Shown here: in pieces, positions 37,472 through 47,378 of the stretch | Layout: each line of letters begins with the position of its first letter | Position numbering within the stretch: position 1 is the first letter of the stretch | Assembly: GCA_965206275.1 (NCBI GenBank) | Contig: OZ242203.1 | Coordinates: 761,894-825,893 of the forward strand | DNA length: 64,000 bases | Reading direction: 5' to 3' | DNA from: Dehalococcoidia bacterium | GTDB lineage: Bacteria; Chloroflexota; Dehalococcoidia; UBA6926 | Translations under genes and position numbers: made by a program | Notes under the pieces: generated by a model | Database searches by the model: none | Told to the model about the DNA's origin: nothing | What the model saw: the letters and a program-made list of their open reading frames with translations, nothing else

Positions 37472-38875
37472 TCAGGCGGGCGGCAGCTTTGTCCCCGGCA
37501 CGGAGCGCATCGCCCGGTAAACAACCTCCGGCGCGGCCGGATGCACGTAGATTCCCTGCGAATACACGTCCGTCGTCAGGCCAATCCGCATCCCGTTTGC
37601 GATGTCCTGGATCAACGTTGCCGCGTCCGACCCCATGATGTGCGCGCCGAGAATCTCTCTGGTCTCCGCGTGCGCGATGATCTTCACGAAGCCCGTCAAA
37701 TCCCCGATGGCCACGCCGTGCGCCGTCCACGCGTACTCATACGTCCCCAGCACGTACGGCACACCCTCCTTGCGCGCCTGCTGTTCCGTCATGCCCACCG
37801 CGCCAACCTGCGGCGAGGCGAACACCGCATGCGGCATCGCGTGGTAGTTCACGGCCTCCTTTTGCCCGCGCTTGAACATGTTGTGGTCGGCGTACCACCA
37901 CTCCCAGTTCGCGTTGTGCTTCAGCTGGTATCGCCCCACCACGTCGCCCAGCGCCCAGATGCCCGGCACGTTCGTCTCCAGGTACTCGTCCACGATCACC
38001 AGCCCCCGCGCGTTCGTCTCAACGCCCGTCTTGTCCAGGTCGAGCCGATCCGAGTTCGGACGACGACCCGTCGCGAGCAGCAGCGTATCGCCCGTGATGG
38101 TCTCGTCGCCGCTCGGAGTCATGATTTCCAGCGAGATTTCGCCGTTGTTATGCGCCACGCTGCGCGTCTCCGCATCCAGAATCACGCGGTGCTTGCGCCG
38201 GAACAAATCCGTGAAACGCCGTGACACGTCCTCATCCTCGATGGGCAAAAGCGTTGGCCCGCGCTGAACAATCGTCACGTCCGTCCCAAGCGCCCCGTAG
38301 AAATGGGCAAGCTCGATGCCCACAAATCCGCCGCCCACGACGATGAGCTTCTCCGGCTGCTTGTCGTACCGCAGCGCCTCATCGGACGTCAGGTACGGCA
38401 CATCCTCGATGCCCGGGATGGGCGGCACAACGGGGCGGCTGCCCGCAGCAACCATGATCATCGGCGCGGTGATCCGCTCGCCGTTGACCTCCATCACTTT
38501 ATGGTCGACAAACCGTCCCTCACCCTTGTACAAAGTCACCTTGTCATTGCGTATGTACCGCGACTCAATGATGTTGGCGGCGTCATCCGCCTCGGAAACG
38601 ACACGGCTGACGATCTTATCCCAGTCAATGGCATCGACGTGGGCGATGATGCCGAAATCGGCCGCCTTGTCGATGATCTCCATCACGTCGGCGGAATGAA
38701 TGAGCTGCTTGGAGGGGATGCAGCCCCAATTGACGCATGTCCCGCCGAACGGCCCGCTCTCCACAATGGCGGCTGTCAGGCCCTCCGCCGCGGCGGAATC
38801 CGCGATGCTCACACCGGACCCCGTCCCAATCACGATCACGTCAAACTCACGCGCGCCGTTGCTCGTTGTTGTCAT
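37472..38875 (-). CDS. Dihydrolipoyl dehydrogenase-family pyridine nucleotide-disulfide oxidoreductase (class I).
   Basis: It has the GGTCVNWGCIPSK redox-active disulfide motif, FAD/NAD Rossmann motifs and a C-terminal dimerisation domain. GAGGAGAAGG lies upstream of the ATG at 38875. Confidence 0.8.
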   Translation of the reverse strand: MTTTSNGAREFDVIVIGTGSGVSIADSAAAEGLTAAIVESGPFGGTCVNWGCIPSKQLIHSADVMEIIDKAADFGIIAHVDAIDWDKIVSRVVSEADDAANIIESRYIRNDKVTLYKGEGRFVDHKVMEVNGERITAPMIMVAAGSRPVVPPIPGIEDVPYLTSDEALRYDKQPEKLIVVGGGFVGIELAHFYGALGTDVTIVQRGPTLLPIEDEDVSRRFTDLFRRKHRVILDAETRSVAHNNGEISLEIMTPSGDETITGDTLLLATGRRPNSDRLDLDKTGVETNARGLVIVDEYLETNVPGIWALGDVVGRYQLKHNANWEWWYADHNMFKRGQKEAVNYHAMPHAVFASPQVGAVGMTEQQARKEGVPYVLGTYEYAWTAHGVAIGDLTGFVKIIAHAETREILGAHIMGSDAATLIQDIANGMRIGLTTDVYSQGIYVHPAAPEVVYRAMRSVPGTKLPPA

Positions 38876-38948
38876 GATTCCTTCTCCTCGTTGCACGATC
38901 CTTCATTCTCTACGGTACAGAGTCGGCTTGGCCGCGACTTGGAGGGGA

Positions 38949-40385
38949 TCAGTTCGTATGCGTCTCGGCGAGGTAATCCAGCAGACCGATACCGATGTCC
39001 GCCGCCCAAACGATCAACTGTGGGTCGACGAAATCCAGGGTGTCCCGCGGCGAGTTGATACGGGACGTATCATTCGCGGTCACGATAACGGCCAGCACGC
39101 CAACATTCTGGAATGGCCGGTGATCACTATTGGATAACCCCCTGGTCAATGCCTCGGAAATCTCAATGCCTGTTTGCTCCGCCACCCGTATTGCTGCAGT
39201 CTCCAAGTCCGGGGCGCCCTGCACTTCAATCCTGTTTCCGGATCCGGGTGAGTCATAGTTGATCATCGCGATGATCTCTTCCCGTTCCTGCTCTGTCAGT
39301 TGCTCAACATAGTGCCTGCTGCCGAGCAGTCCAACCTCTTCCGACCCAAACAGCAGCAACCGAACGGTGAATGGATAGTCGGTGTCGATGATGTGGTTAG
39401 CGATGGCCATGAGCGCCGTCAGGCCCGAACCGTTGTCATTCGCGCCCTCAGTGAAATGGACGGTGTCATAATGCGCCCCCAGGATGACAACACCCTGACT
39501 GTCCGGCCCGCCCGGTTTATCGGCAATCAGGTTGCGCGATGGTTGATAGATATTCCTGACGCCCACAGTCACTTCCAGCCCGCCGCTCTCGATCGCTTCC
39601 TGCAGCGCAAGTCCATTCCCGCGACTGATACCGACTGCTGGTATGGCAGGCACTGTGTCCGGATTTACCATTCGCCCTCGATACAGAGCGTTCTCGGTAT
39701 TGAAGACGATGGCTCCAACGGCGCCTGCTTCCTCAACCCGCTCCACCTTCTCCTGGAATGTGATGAGACCCCGTTCAATTAGAGCAACCTTGCCGTCGAG
39801 CCACTGATCCCCAATGTCCTCAGGCAGCGCCAACCCAACAAAGACCAGCTCACCGGTGCCTTCTCCCACAAAAGAATGTGTGATTGGCAGCGACTGGAGG
39901 GTCTGCACGCTGGGCAGTTCCACGGATGCAACCACCGAGGATATTACGTTCGCCAACCGCTCGAATTCCTGGAATTCGGTGACGTAGCCAATTTCTGTGA
40001 GCACACAGTTCAACTCTTCACCCGCCGCGTATTCCTCATCCGTCGCGCTTTCCCGGGGACTGAATTCCTGCGTCAGTTCAAACAGGAAACGCCATGCCTC
40101 GTCGATGGCTATGGGGGGCGGTAGATCGATATCAGGAGCACTAAGGACACACGACGGCTCAGGTATCGCAGTCGGCGTGGCTGTCGGCGGCGGGGGAGTT
40201 GCCGTTGCCGTTGCTATGGGCGTTGCAGTTGGAACCAGCTCGATGACCGGTGGCGACGCCGGAGGAACCGGCGATCCCGTCGATTCCGGTGTAAAGTCAT
40301 CGCACGCCGCCCCAATCAACGCAACCGCGAGAATCCCCGCCAGCCAAAGCCATGCCATGCCCGTGCGTCGAGGGCTGGATATCAT
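38949..40385 (-). CDS. M28-family aminopeptidase lipoprotein with a PA domain and a Pro/Thr/Ala-rich linker.
   Basis: It has a lipoprotein signal (ILAVALIGAAC), a PT-rich linker and the M28 metal-binding region (...LLLFGSEEVGLLGSRHY...). The start is the ATG at 40385 or at 40358. Confidence 0.8.
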   Translation of the reverse strand: MISSPRRTGMAWLWLAGILAVALIGAACDDFTPESTGSPVPPASPPVIELVPTATPIATATATPPPPTATPTAIPEPSCVLSAPDIDLPPPIAIDEAWRFLFELTQEFSPRESATDEEYAAGEELNCVLTEIGYVTEFQEFERLANVISSVVASVELPSVQTLQSLPITHSFVGEGTGELVFVGLALPEDIGDQWLDGKVALIERGLITFQEKVERVEEAGAVGAIVFNTENALYRGRMVNPDTVPAIPAVGISRGNGLALQEAIESGGLEVTVGVRNIYQPSRNLIADKPGGPDSQGVVILGAHYDTVHFTEGANDNGSGLTALMAIANHIIDTDYPFTVRLLLFGSEEVGLLGSRHYVEQLTEQEREEIIAMINYDSPGSGNRIEVQGAPDLETAAIRVAEQTGIEISEALTRGLSNSDHRPFQNVGVLAVIVTANDTSRINSPRDTLDFVDPQLIVWAADIGIGLLDYLAETHTN

Positions 40386-40400
40386 TGCCGAATTAACACC

Positions 40401-40425
40401 ACGCCCCGACCTAAACGATCGGGGC
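40401..40425 (-). terminator. Hairpin terminator downstream of the copA/YHS operon.
   Basis: The 8-bp stem CGCCCCGA / TCGGGGCG has loop cctaaacga. It lies between the YHS-gene stop and the M28-peptidase start. Confidence 0.4.
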
Positions 40426-40475
40426 GCTTTGCGGAAGAGTTTCAGGATAGTGCCCGAGAACAACGTGTTCTTCCC

Positions 40476-40682
40476 TTACATGTCCATGCTCTTCTCACCG
40501 CTCAGATACGCCTCCGGCTCCTTGGAAAACGCGACGCGGCACCCCGGCCCGCAGAAGTAATACGTCGTCCCCTCGTACTCATAAGAGCCTCCGGGCGGCT
40601 TGCTCGGGCTGACCATCATGTGGCAGACCGGGTCCTCCGCCGGCTCCTCCTTCTTCATAAACCCCAGAAACTTGCTGACCAT
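40476..40682 (-). CDS. YHS (TRASH) domain metal-binding protein (68 aa).
   Basis: It has CHMMV...YYFCGPGC cysteine spacing. It lies downstream of copA on the same strand, and a GGGGAG tract precedes the ATG at 40682. Confidence 0.7.
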   Translation of the reverse strand: MVSKFLGFMKKEEPAEDPVCHMMVSPSKPPGGSYEYEGTTYYFCGPGCRVAFSKEPEAYLSGEKSMDM

Positions 40683-40841
40683 CTTCTCTCGCTCCCCTGC
40701 CCGCCGGGCGTGCCAATATCCCGCCACATTCACGAGCTTAATCATCTTAACGCACGGCTGAGGTGGAAGGATGCAGACTTTCGATTCTTCGTTGCGCCCG
40801 GAATGAGGAGAGCCTGTGCGGGACTGACGAACGGATTCGTC

Positions 40842-43337
40842 CTACCTCGCCCTAAACCCCTTCAGCCGCAGCGAGTTCAACACGACACTCACGCTGGACA
40901 TGGCCATCGCCGCCGCCGCCATCATCGGATTCAGGAACCCGTGCTCGCCCAGCGCGAACTGCAGGCCCGTCGGCACGCCGTCGCCGAAAATCGGATACAG
41001 TGCGCCCGCCGCAATCGGAATAAGCGTCACGTTATAGATGAACGCCCAGAACAGGTTCTGCCAGATGGTGAGCACGGTGCGGCGAGAGAGTTGAATCGCC
41101 GTCGGAATTCCATTCGGATCGCCGCTTACCAGCGTCACGTCCGAGGCCTCCATCGCAACGTCCGCCCCCGTGCCGATGGCGATGCCAACGTCCGCCTGCG
41201 CCAGTGCGGGCGCGTCATTGATGCCGTCACCTACCATCGCGACGCGGCCCTCTCCGGTTTGCAGCCCTGCCACGGCCTCTGCCTTCTGAGCCGGCAGCAC
41301 CTCCGCCCGCGCCTCCTCGATGCCGACCTGCCGTGCGATGGCCTCCGCCGTCGCCTTGTTATCCCCCGTCAGCATCACAGTGCTGACACCCAGCGCATGG
41401 AGCCTTTCAACGGCCCGCGTCGCCGATGGCTTCACTGGGTCCTGGATGGCCAACACCCCGATGCATTCGCCGTCCACTGCAACGAACATCAGCGTCTTGC
41501 CCTGCTCGGCCAACGAGTCCGCGCCTTCACGCAGTTCGCTTGGGATGTCCGCGCTGCGCTCGCCAAGCAGGCGCGCGCTGCCGACAATAACGGCGCGTCC
41601 ATCGACGTTGGCCGTGACGCCCGCGCCAGGCAGCGCCTCGAAGTCCGTGACCGCCATGTCCTGCCCCGTCGCCCTGCCCGCACGGGACAGCACCGCCTCC
41701 GCCAACGGATGCTCCGAGTTCGCCTCAACCGCCGCGGCAACTGCTAGAATTTCGGACTCAGCGGCAGTGTCACGTTTAAAAATATCTGTTACTGCGGGAC
41801 GGCCCTGCGTAATGGTCCCTGTCTTATCCAGCGCGACGGTGCGGATCTTGCTGGCAAGCTCAAGCGCCTGCGCGTTGCGAATGAGAACACCATTCTCAGC
41901 GCCCTTGCCCGTGCCGACCATGATGGCCGTCGGCGTGGCCAGTCCCAACGCGCACGGGCAGGCGATAATCAGCACAGCCACCATGTTCAGCGTGGCCAGC
42001 GTGAAGGCCGGGTCGGGCCCCAGGGTGATCCAGAAGACGAACGTGATGATGGAAACGGCAACGACCGTCGGCACGAAGTAAGACGAAATCAGATCTGCAA
42101 GCCGCTGTACCGGCGCCTTTGAACCCTGCGCCTCCTCCACAAGCCGGACGATCTGTGAGAGCGCCGTGTCCTTGCCAACCCGCGTCGCCCGCAGCCGGAA
42201 CGCGCCCGTCCCGTTCACCGTCGCGCCGTAGACCTCGTCGCCCTCGCGCTTATCAACGGGGATGCTCTCTCCCGTCAACATCGATTCGTCGATCGTGGAC
42301 GCCCCTTCGGTGACAACCCCGTCAACCGGCAGCCGCTCTCCCGGACGTACTGCGACGATGTCATCGGGCAGCACACTCTCCACGGGCAGCATCACCTCCG
42401 CGCCGTCACGCATGACGCGCGCCGATTTCGGTTGCAGGCCTAACAGGGAGGCGATGGCGTCCGATGCCCGGCCCCGCGCGCGCGCCTCCATCCATCGTCC
42501 CATGAGAATGAGCGCGATGATGATAATCGCCGTGTCGTAATAGACGGCCGCCTCGCCGCCCGCCGACTCAAAGAATCCTGGCGCGAACGTCGCCGCCACG
42601 CTGTAGAGATACGCCGCCGTCGTTCCAAGAGAAATGAGCGTGTTCATATTGGATGTGCGCTGTTTGAGCGCCGACCACGCGCTCGCGTAGAAGAGCGACC
42701 CCGCCCAGAACTGGATCGGCGTCGCGATAGCGAACATGATCAGATGCGCGAACTGATCGGGCACGGCGCTGAGCATTCCGAGCAGCATGACGAACGCGCC
42801 GCTGGACAAGGCAACAAGGAATCGCATGCGGAGCGCCCGCTCCTCCTCCTCTTTGGCGACGACGCGGGCGTCTTCCTTCTCCTCGATCGCGGCAACCCGC
42901 AGCCCTGCCTCCACCACCGCGCCGCGCAAGTCGCTGGCGTCCACGGCGGCGCTGTAGTGCTCGATCGTCAGAGCAGTGGAGTCCTCCTCATCCGGCGTCA
43001 CCCATCGCACGCCGCGCAGGTTCATCAAGGCTGTCACGGCGCGGTCACGGTCGCTGTCCCCGCCCTCTTCGGGCTCGATGAACAGCCGTTGTGTCTCCGT
43101 CCGCGCGCCATAGCCCGCGTCCTTGACTGCGGAGGCGAGCACATCAAACGAAAGCCCTTCGGGGACCTCGACGACTGCCCGCTCACTTGCCAGGTTCACG
43201 CGCGCCTCTGACACGCCGGGCACGTCCGTCAGCGCATGCTCCACGTGCATCACGCACGCCGCGCACGTCATCCCGGACACGCTGATAGAAACGGTCTCAA
43301 GGTCTGAGAACCTGTCCTCAGATTCAGTAGTGGTCAT
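40842..43337 (-). CDS. copA: Copper-translocating P-type ATPase (P1B-type) with an N-terminal HMA domain.
   Basis: It has GMTCAAC (HMA), the CPC transmembrane motif, DKTGT and GDGINDAP. The ATG at 43337 ([10 protein letters not shown]) is preferred; the ORF track extends the frame to 43424. Confidence 0.9.
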   Translation of the reverse strand: MTTTESEDRFSDLETVSISVSGMTCAACVMHVEHALTDVPGVSEARVNLASERAVVEVPEGLSFDVLASAVKDAGYGARTETQRLFIEPEEGGDSDRDRAVTALMNLRGVRWVTPDEEDSTALTIEHYSAAVDASDLRGAVVEAGLRVAAIEEKEDARVVAKEEEERALRMRFLVALSSGAFVMLLGMLSAVPDQFAHLIMFAIATPIQFWAGSLFYASAWSALKQRTSNMNTLISLGTTAAYLYSVAATFAPGFFESAGGEAAVYYDTAIIIIALILMGRWMEARARGRASDAIASLLGLQPKSARVMRDGAEVMLPVESVLPDDIVAVRPGERLPVDGVVTEGASTIDESMLTGESIPVDKREGDEVYGATVNGTGAFRLRATRVGKDTALSQIVRLVEEAQGSKAPVQRLADLISSYFVPTVVAVSIITFVFWITLGPDPAFTLATLNMVAVLIIACPCALGLATPTAIMVGTGKGAENGVLIRNAQALELASKIRTVALDKTGTITQGRPAVTDIFKRDTAAESEILAVAAAVEANSEHPLAEAVLSRAGRATGQDMAVTDFEALPGAGVTANVDGRAVIVGSARLLGERSADIPSELREGADSLAEQGKTLMFVAVDGECIGVLAIQDPVKPSATRAVERLHALGVSTVMLTGDNKATAEAIARQVGIEEARAEVLPAQKAEAVAGLQTGEGRVAMVGDGINDAPALAQADVGIAIGTGADVAMEASDVTLVSGDPNGIPTAIQLSRRTVLTIWQNLFWAFIYNVTLIPIAAGALYPIFGDGVPTGLQFALGEHGFLNPMMAAAAMAMSSVSVVLNSLRLKGFRAR

Positions 43338-43357
43338 GTGGATAGTGTACGCCCCCT

Positions 43358-43390
43358 CTGTCATTCTGAGCGCAGCGAAGAATCTAGGGG
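43358..43390. repeat. REP-like element (CTGTCATTCTGAGCGCAGCGAAGAATCTAGGGG) in the copA upstream region.
   Basis: It is a variant of the repeat at 35451-35483 and 35626-35658. Confidence 0.5.
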
Positions 43391-43464
43391 CTCGATTTCG
43401 TAAGCCATTCGTCATCCCCCTCATCTTGTGATTGGGGGTACTATGGATAGCGCGATGCCTCTGC

Positions 43465-43538
43465 TGGGGAATCGTCTAACGGTAGGACGACAGACTCTGG
43501 ATCTGTTAGTCGTGGTTCGAATCCACGTTCCCCAGCCA
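43465..43538 (+). tRNA. tRNA-Gln (anticodon CTG).
   Basis: Acceptor TGGGGAA/TTCCCCA, D-stem GTCT/GGAC, anticodon stem ACAGA/TCTGT with loop CTCTGGA, T-stem CGTGG/CCACG with loop TTCGAAT, discriminator G, and CCA encoded. Confidence 0.85.
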
Positions 43539-43552
43539 AAACCAACGACCTC

Positions 43553-44197
43553 TTACGGAATCTCAGTAGCCAGCGTCTCCCAGCCCGGTGCCAGTGTCGG
43601 AATTCCCCATTCGGTCGGCGGTATCCACGTCCGCCAGCGGTCATCGATAGCAGGATGATCGCCACTCTGTATCCATTCGATCGCCCGCTCCGCCTCCGCC
43701 CGCGCCGCATCGGCATCCTGACGAGTCATGCTGCCATAAGCGACCGCCTCTTCGACCTCATCCTCATCCTTCCACTGAGGCTCACTGAGATCAGGTGGAA
43801 ACACAACGTCAAGGTGCAAGTCCGTCGTATCGAGTCCAATCACGGTTCGTCTGAAGGGCGCCTCCAGGTTCACATACCACCACAGCACGTCCCCATCCCC
43901 AAGGAAGACCAACACGGAATGCGCCGCGCCCTCCAGGAAAACGCGCACCATTCCATTTCCATACCAAACGTCGTCACGCAGTTCCCAGTCACCGTGCGGC
44001 AGTCGAACGTCATTGCCTTCAAGATCGACGGGGCGTTTCCAGACAGTCCCCGGCGGCGTACAAGCCGCAATCAAATCACCGCGATCCTCAATAACCACGA
44101 ACGCCCACGCTGTGAACACCCGCCCATGCCAGATATTCCGCCCCGTAATGTACTCCCCCGGCCGCCAGAGATCCGGGGTGGGGTGGAGCTCATTCAT
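43553..44197 (-). CDS. Hypothetical protein (214 aa), possibly DUF402/NTP-hydrolase-like.
   Basis: An ORF of intermediate GC. The family call is weak and from memory only. Confidence 0.4.
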   Translation of the reverse strand: MNELHPTPDLWRPGEYITGRNIWHGRVFTAWAFVVIEDRGDLIAACTPPGTVWKRPVDLEGNDVRLPHGDWELRDDVWYGNGMVRVFLEGAAHSVLVFLGDGDVLWWYVNLEAPFRRTVIGLDTTDLHLDVVFPPDLSEPQWKDEDEVEEAVAYGSMTRQDADAARAEAERAIEWIQSGDHPAIDDRWRTWIPPTEWGIPTLAPGWETLATEIP

Positions 44198-44208
44198 ACA
44201 GCAGGAAA

Positions 44209-45036
44209 TTAGGAACTTGGGTGAGTTTGCTCAGTTGACTGAGCACGATAGTCATGTCTCCGGATTGTCTCTATGACTTCATTGAGGAAATCAGTGAGCA
44301 CGCCAATCTGCGTGTCGTCCAAGTCTCGATCTGTATCGAACCGAAGATTTTCCCCGGTTCCAGCGATTTCAAAGAGGCTTGTTTTTCGTGCATTTTCCCT
44401 AAGCTCGTCAATCGCATCATCTGATACTCCGCCTTTTTGGCGAGCAGAATCGAGGGCTGTGTATATTCTTTGATCGTAGGCGCTAGGTGGGAAACCATAA
44501 CAGACCACAACGGGTCCATTACTGGATAGCACGTTTAACGAAAATCCACTGACACCCCATTTGACGTGCATTCCTTTCTTTGCGCCAAGTGCCAGCACTT
44601 GCTTATATACCCCGGCGCCATTCTCAGTTAGGGACGCCATAAAATCATCTTCGGTCGTCTTGCTTTGCCGCCTCTTATAGATCACGAGGGCATCCCGATC
44701 CTCAGTTTCAAGGACAGCATCTTGTTCGTTGCGATCGGGTGTCGCATCCTTACCCGGCATTACACTCAAGATAGCTTCAGCTTGCTCAGGTTCTATCTTG
44801 AAGAATTCCCGAGAAGGGTTTATGCGATAGGGTTCAAATGCTCTGTGCAATGCGCTTTCGATGTTCTGCGCATCCCTACCTTCAATTTCACGGGCTACAA
44901 AACATTCAAAGGGGAGTGGCAGTCCAGTACCATAGAGTTCCGCCATCCGGATCTGTACGTCATTTCTGTCGGTCATTCCGATTTTGACGAACCCGGGCAT
45001 AGCCGGGTTCGTCAGGACATAGACAATGTTCGGCAT
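44209..45036 (-). CDS. T5orf172 (GIY-YIG-like, MUG113) domain protein of low GC.
   Basis: The N-terminus IVYVLTNPAMPGFVKIGMTDRNDVQIRMAEL...PFECF...SREFFKI matches the T5orf172 signature. The ORF is about 50% GC. Confidence 0.8.
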   Translation of the reverse strand: MPNIVYVLTNPAMPGFVKIGMTDRNDVQIRMAELYGTGLPLPFECFVAREIEGRDAQNIESALHRAFEPYRINPSREFFKIEPEQAEAILSVMPGKDATPDRNEQDAVLETEDRDALVIYKRRQSKTTEDDFMASLTENGAGVYKQVLALGAKKGMHVKWGVSGFSLNVLSSNGPVVVCYGFPPSAYDQRIYTALDSARQKGGVSDDAIDELRENARKTSLFEIAGTGENLRFDTDRDLDDTQIGVLTDFLNEVIETIRRHDYRAQSTEQTHPSS

Positions 45037-45052
45037 TCTGTGCCCTATCCCC

Positions 45053-46237
45053 CTACCTCGGCAACCCCAGCCCTCGCGTAGCCACGATATTCCGCTGAAT
45101 CTCCTTCGTCCCGTGTCCGAACGTCCGGCCCGTGCTCATCAGCGCGTTCACCCCGATGAACCCGTCCATCGGCGCCCACTCTGCCCCATACGGCATCACG
45201 AGCGCCGCGTCGCCGATAATGCGCGTGAATCCGCGCCACAGCTCCTGCACCAGCTCGCCGGACAGCACCCGCGAAATCGACGCAATCCGTGACACGTCCT
45301 CGCCCTGCCTGCTGTCCCACGCGCCCTTCCAGCAGATCGCCCGGAACATGCCGAGCTTCACACGCAGGTCCGCAAGAAGTTGACGATTAATCGGATCGTC
45401 AAGCGGCGTGCCGCCGTCAACGCGATACGTCCGCGCAAAGTCCACGAACCGCTCCCACTCGCGTAGCAGCGAAGCGGGCGAACCAACCTCCACGCGCTCC
45501 GCGGTCAGCGACGCCGCCATCACGTACCACCCGCGATTCTCCTCACCGAGCATATAGCGCGAGGGCACCCGCACGTCCTCGAAGAACTCCTCGCTCCAGC
45601 GACGTCGACCCGCCATGTCATGGATCGGACGGATCGTGATGCCGGGAGAATCCAGCGGCACAAAGAAGATTGAGAGGCCTCGATGCTTGGGCGCGTCCGT
45701 GTCCGTCCGAACCAGCATCCGTATCCACGTCGAATGATGCGCCGTTGACGTCCACATCTTCTGGCCGTTGATCACATAGTCATCGCCGTCACGCACCGCC
45801 CGCGTCGTCACACCCGCCAGGTCGGAGCCGTTGCCGGGCTCCGAGAGTCCGAGCGCGATGGGCATATCCGCCGTCGCGATCTTCGGCAGCCATTCCTCTT
45901 TCTGCCACGGCGTCCCGTGCAGGATCACGGCGTCCCCGCCGAACGCCCCGCTCGCCGGCGCGCCTCGATACGCCATCTCCTCGCGGTACGTCAGCATCCG
46001 TGTGAATCCGGCGTCCTGCCCGCCGTGCTCCGTCGGCCAGTGCATCGTGTACCAACCCTTGTCCACGAGCTTCTTGGCGAATTGATGCGCCGCCTCCAGC
46101 GCCTCCGGATCATCCAGGTGCCACGACGCGTTGGACACGTCGTTCATGTGGTAGCGGGTATCATCCCAATTTGCCTGCACAAAATCACGAATCTCATCAC
46201 GAAACGCGAGGTCCTCAACCGACTGCTGGAAGTCCAT
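45053..46237 (-). CDS. Acyl-CoA dehydrogenase family protein.
   Basis: ACAD fold blocks are present (...GSDLAGVTT..., ...INGQKMWTS..., C-terminal ...RGLGLPR). It is a paralog of 47379-48590. Confidence 0.85.
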   Translation of the reverse strand: MDFQQSVEDLAFRDEIRDFVQANWDDTRYHMNDVSNASWHLDDPEALEAAHQFAKKLVDKGWYTMHWPTEHGGQDAGFTRMLTYREEMAYRGAPASGAFGGDAVILHGTPWQKEEWLPKIATADMPIALGLSEPGNGSDLAGVTTRAVRDGDDYVINGQKMWTSTAHHSTWIRMLVRTDTDAPKHRGLSIFFVPLDSPGITIRPIHDMAGRRRWSEEFFEDVRVPSRYMLGEENRGWYVMAASLTAERVEVGSPASLLREWERFVDFARTYRVDGGTPLDDPINRQLLADLRVKLGMFRAICWKGAWDSRQGEDVSRIASISRVLSGELVQELWRGFTRIIGDAALVMPYGAEWAPMDGFIGVNALMSTGRTFGHGTKEIQRNIVATRGLGLPR

Positions 46238-46386
46238 GACGCCTCCCTTTCCCCATCATTCGGGCATCCGACGCCTCAGTGTAGCCGATTCGACGGCCCA
46301 ATTGAGACTCAAAAACACTAGCCAGCCGTAGGTGACAGCGCCCTACAATTTCAACATTGAGCGACTCACCGAAGGAATGGATAACA

Positions 46387-47313
46387 ATGACACAATCCGA
46401 AATCGACGCGTGGCGCGAGCGAATCATCGCTCACGACCGTGAGGCGGCGACGATACGAAGCGGCCACACCCCCGGCCATCACCACGCGCACGACGACCAT
46501 GACGAAGGCCATGAGCATGATGAACGTGGAGGCGCTCACGGGCATGGGCCTGGCCACGTTCACGGAGGCCACGGCGGATTCTCCTACACAAACCGACCCC
46601 GTGACATCCATCGCACGGATGACCCGACCGTCAATGCCCTTTTTGACCTGATCGGCTCGGACACAACCGTCCTCGATGTCGGCGGCGGCGCCGGCCGATT
46701 CGCCCTCCCGCTTGCCACCCGTGCCAGACACGTCACCGTCGTCGAACCGTCCACGGAGGCCGTCGGGATGCTGCAGGAGCGCGCCGCCGAAGCCGGGCTC
46801 TCCAACATCACTGTCATAAGCGAACGATGGGAAGATGCGGACGTCGAGGCGGCTGACTTGGTGCTCTGTTCTCTGGTGCTGCACCACGTGCCGGAGGGCG
46901 CAACGTTCATCACAAAGATGCAGGAGAGCGCCGCAGACCGCGTCGCCATTCTCGAGATGATGGAGGCGCCAAGCGCCCTTGAGGTCCCCTTCTATGAGCG
47001 CGTTTACGGCACTGTTCCTACCGCCATGCCCGGCGTGCCTGAGCTCTTGAACCTCCTCTGGGCGATGGACATCCACCCTGATATCACGATGCTTCCGCCG
47101 GAGACGCCTGTCATGGGGCGCGACCGTGACGAGATCACGGCTCAGCTTCGCCGCCGGCTCGACGTGGAGGGAAACACCCCGGCAGATTCCCGCCTCCTCG
47201 CCGCCCTCGATGAGCTCCTTGAAGAAACCCCGCACGGCTACACCGTCTCCGGCATCGCCCCCCGCCGCGCCGCCATCATCACCTGGCGAACGACTGTTAG
47301 AGGCCCGAACTAG
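46387..47313 (+). CDS. Class I SAM-dependent methyltransferase with a roughly 45-aa His-rich N-terminal region.
   Basis: Motif I is VLDVGGGAGRFA. The N-terminal tail reads HTPGHHHAHDDHDEGHEHDERGGAHGHGPGHVHGGHGG. The ATG at 46387 has GAAGGAATGG upstream; a TTG at 46357 is an alternative start. Confidence 0.75.
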   Translation: MTQSEIDAWRERIIAHDREAATIRSGHTPGHHHAHDDHDEGHEHDERGGAHGHGPGHVHGGHGGFSYTNRPRDIHRTDDPTVNALFDLIGSDTTVLDVGGGAGRFALPLATRARHVTVVEPSTEAVGMLQERAAEAGLSNITVISERWEDADVEAADLVLCSLVLHHVPEGATFITKMQESAADRVAILEMMEAPSALEVPFYERVYGTVPTAMPGVPELLNLLWAMDIHPDITMLPPETPVMGRDRDEITAQLRRRLDVEGNTPADSRLLAALDELLEETPHGYTVSGIAPRRAAIITWRTTVRGPN

Positions 47314-47378
47314 CCCAAAAAGTCGTGAGGGGCGGCCAAATGGCCGCCCCTCACATTTTTCTCGAAACCGATTGAAGC

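Noticed and set aside
37445-38224. A 259-aa plus-strand ORF.
   Set aside because: It is antisense to the dihydrolipoyl dehydrogenase-family gene.
43428-43716. ORFs of 76 and 91 aa on both strands.
   Set aside because: They overlap tRNA-Gln and the copA leader and have no coding signal.
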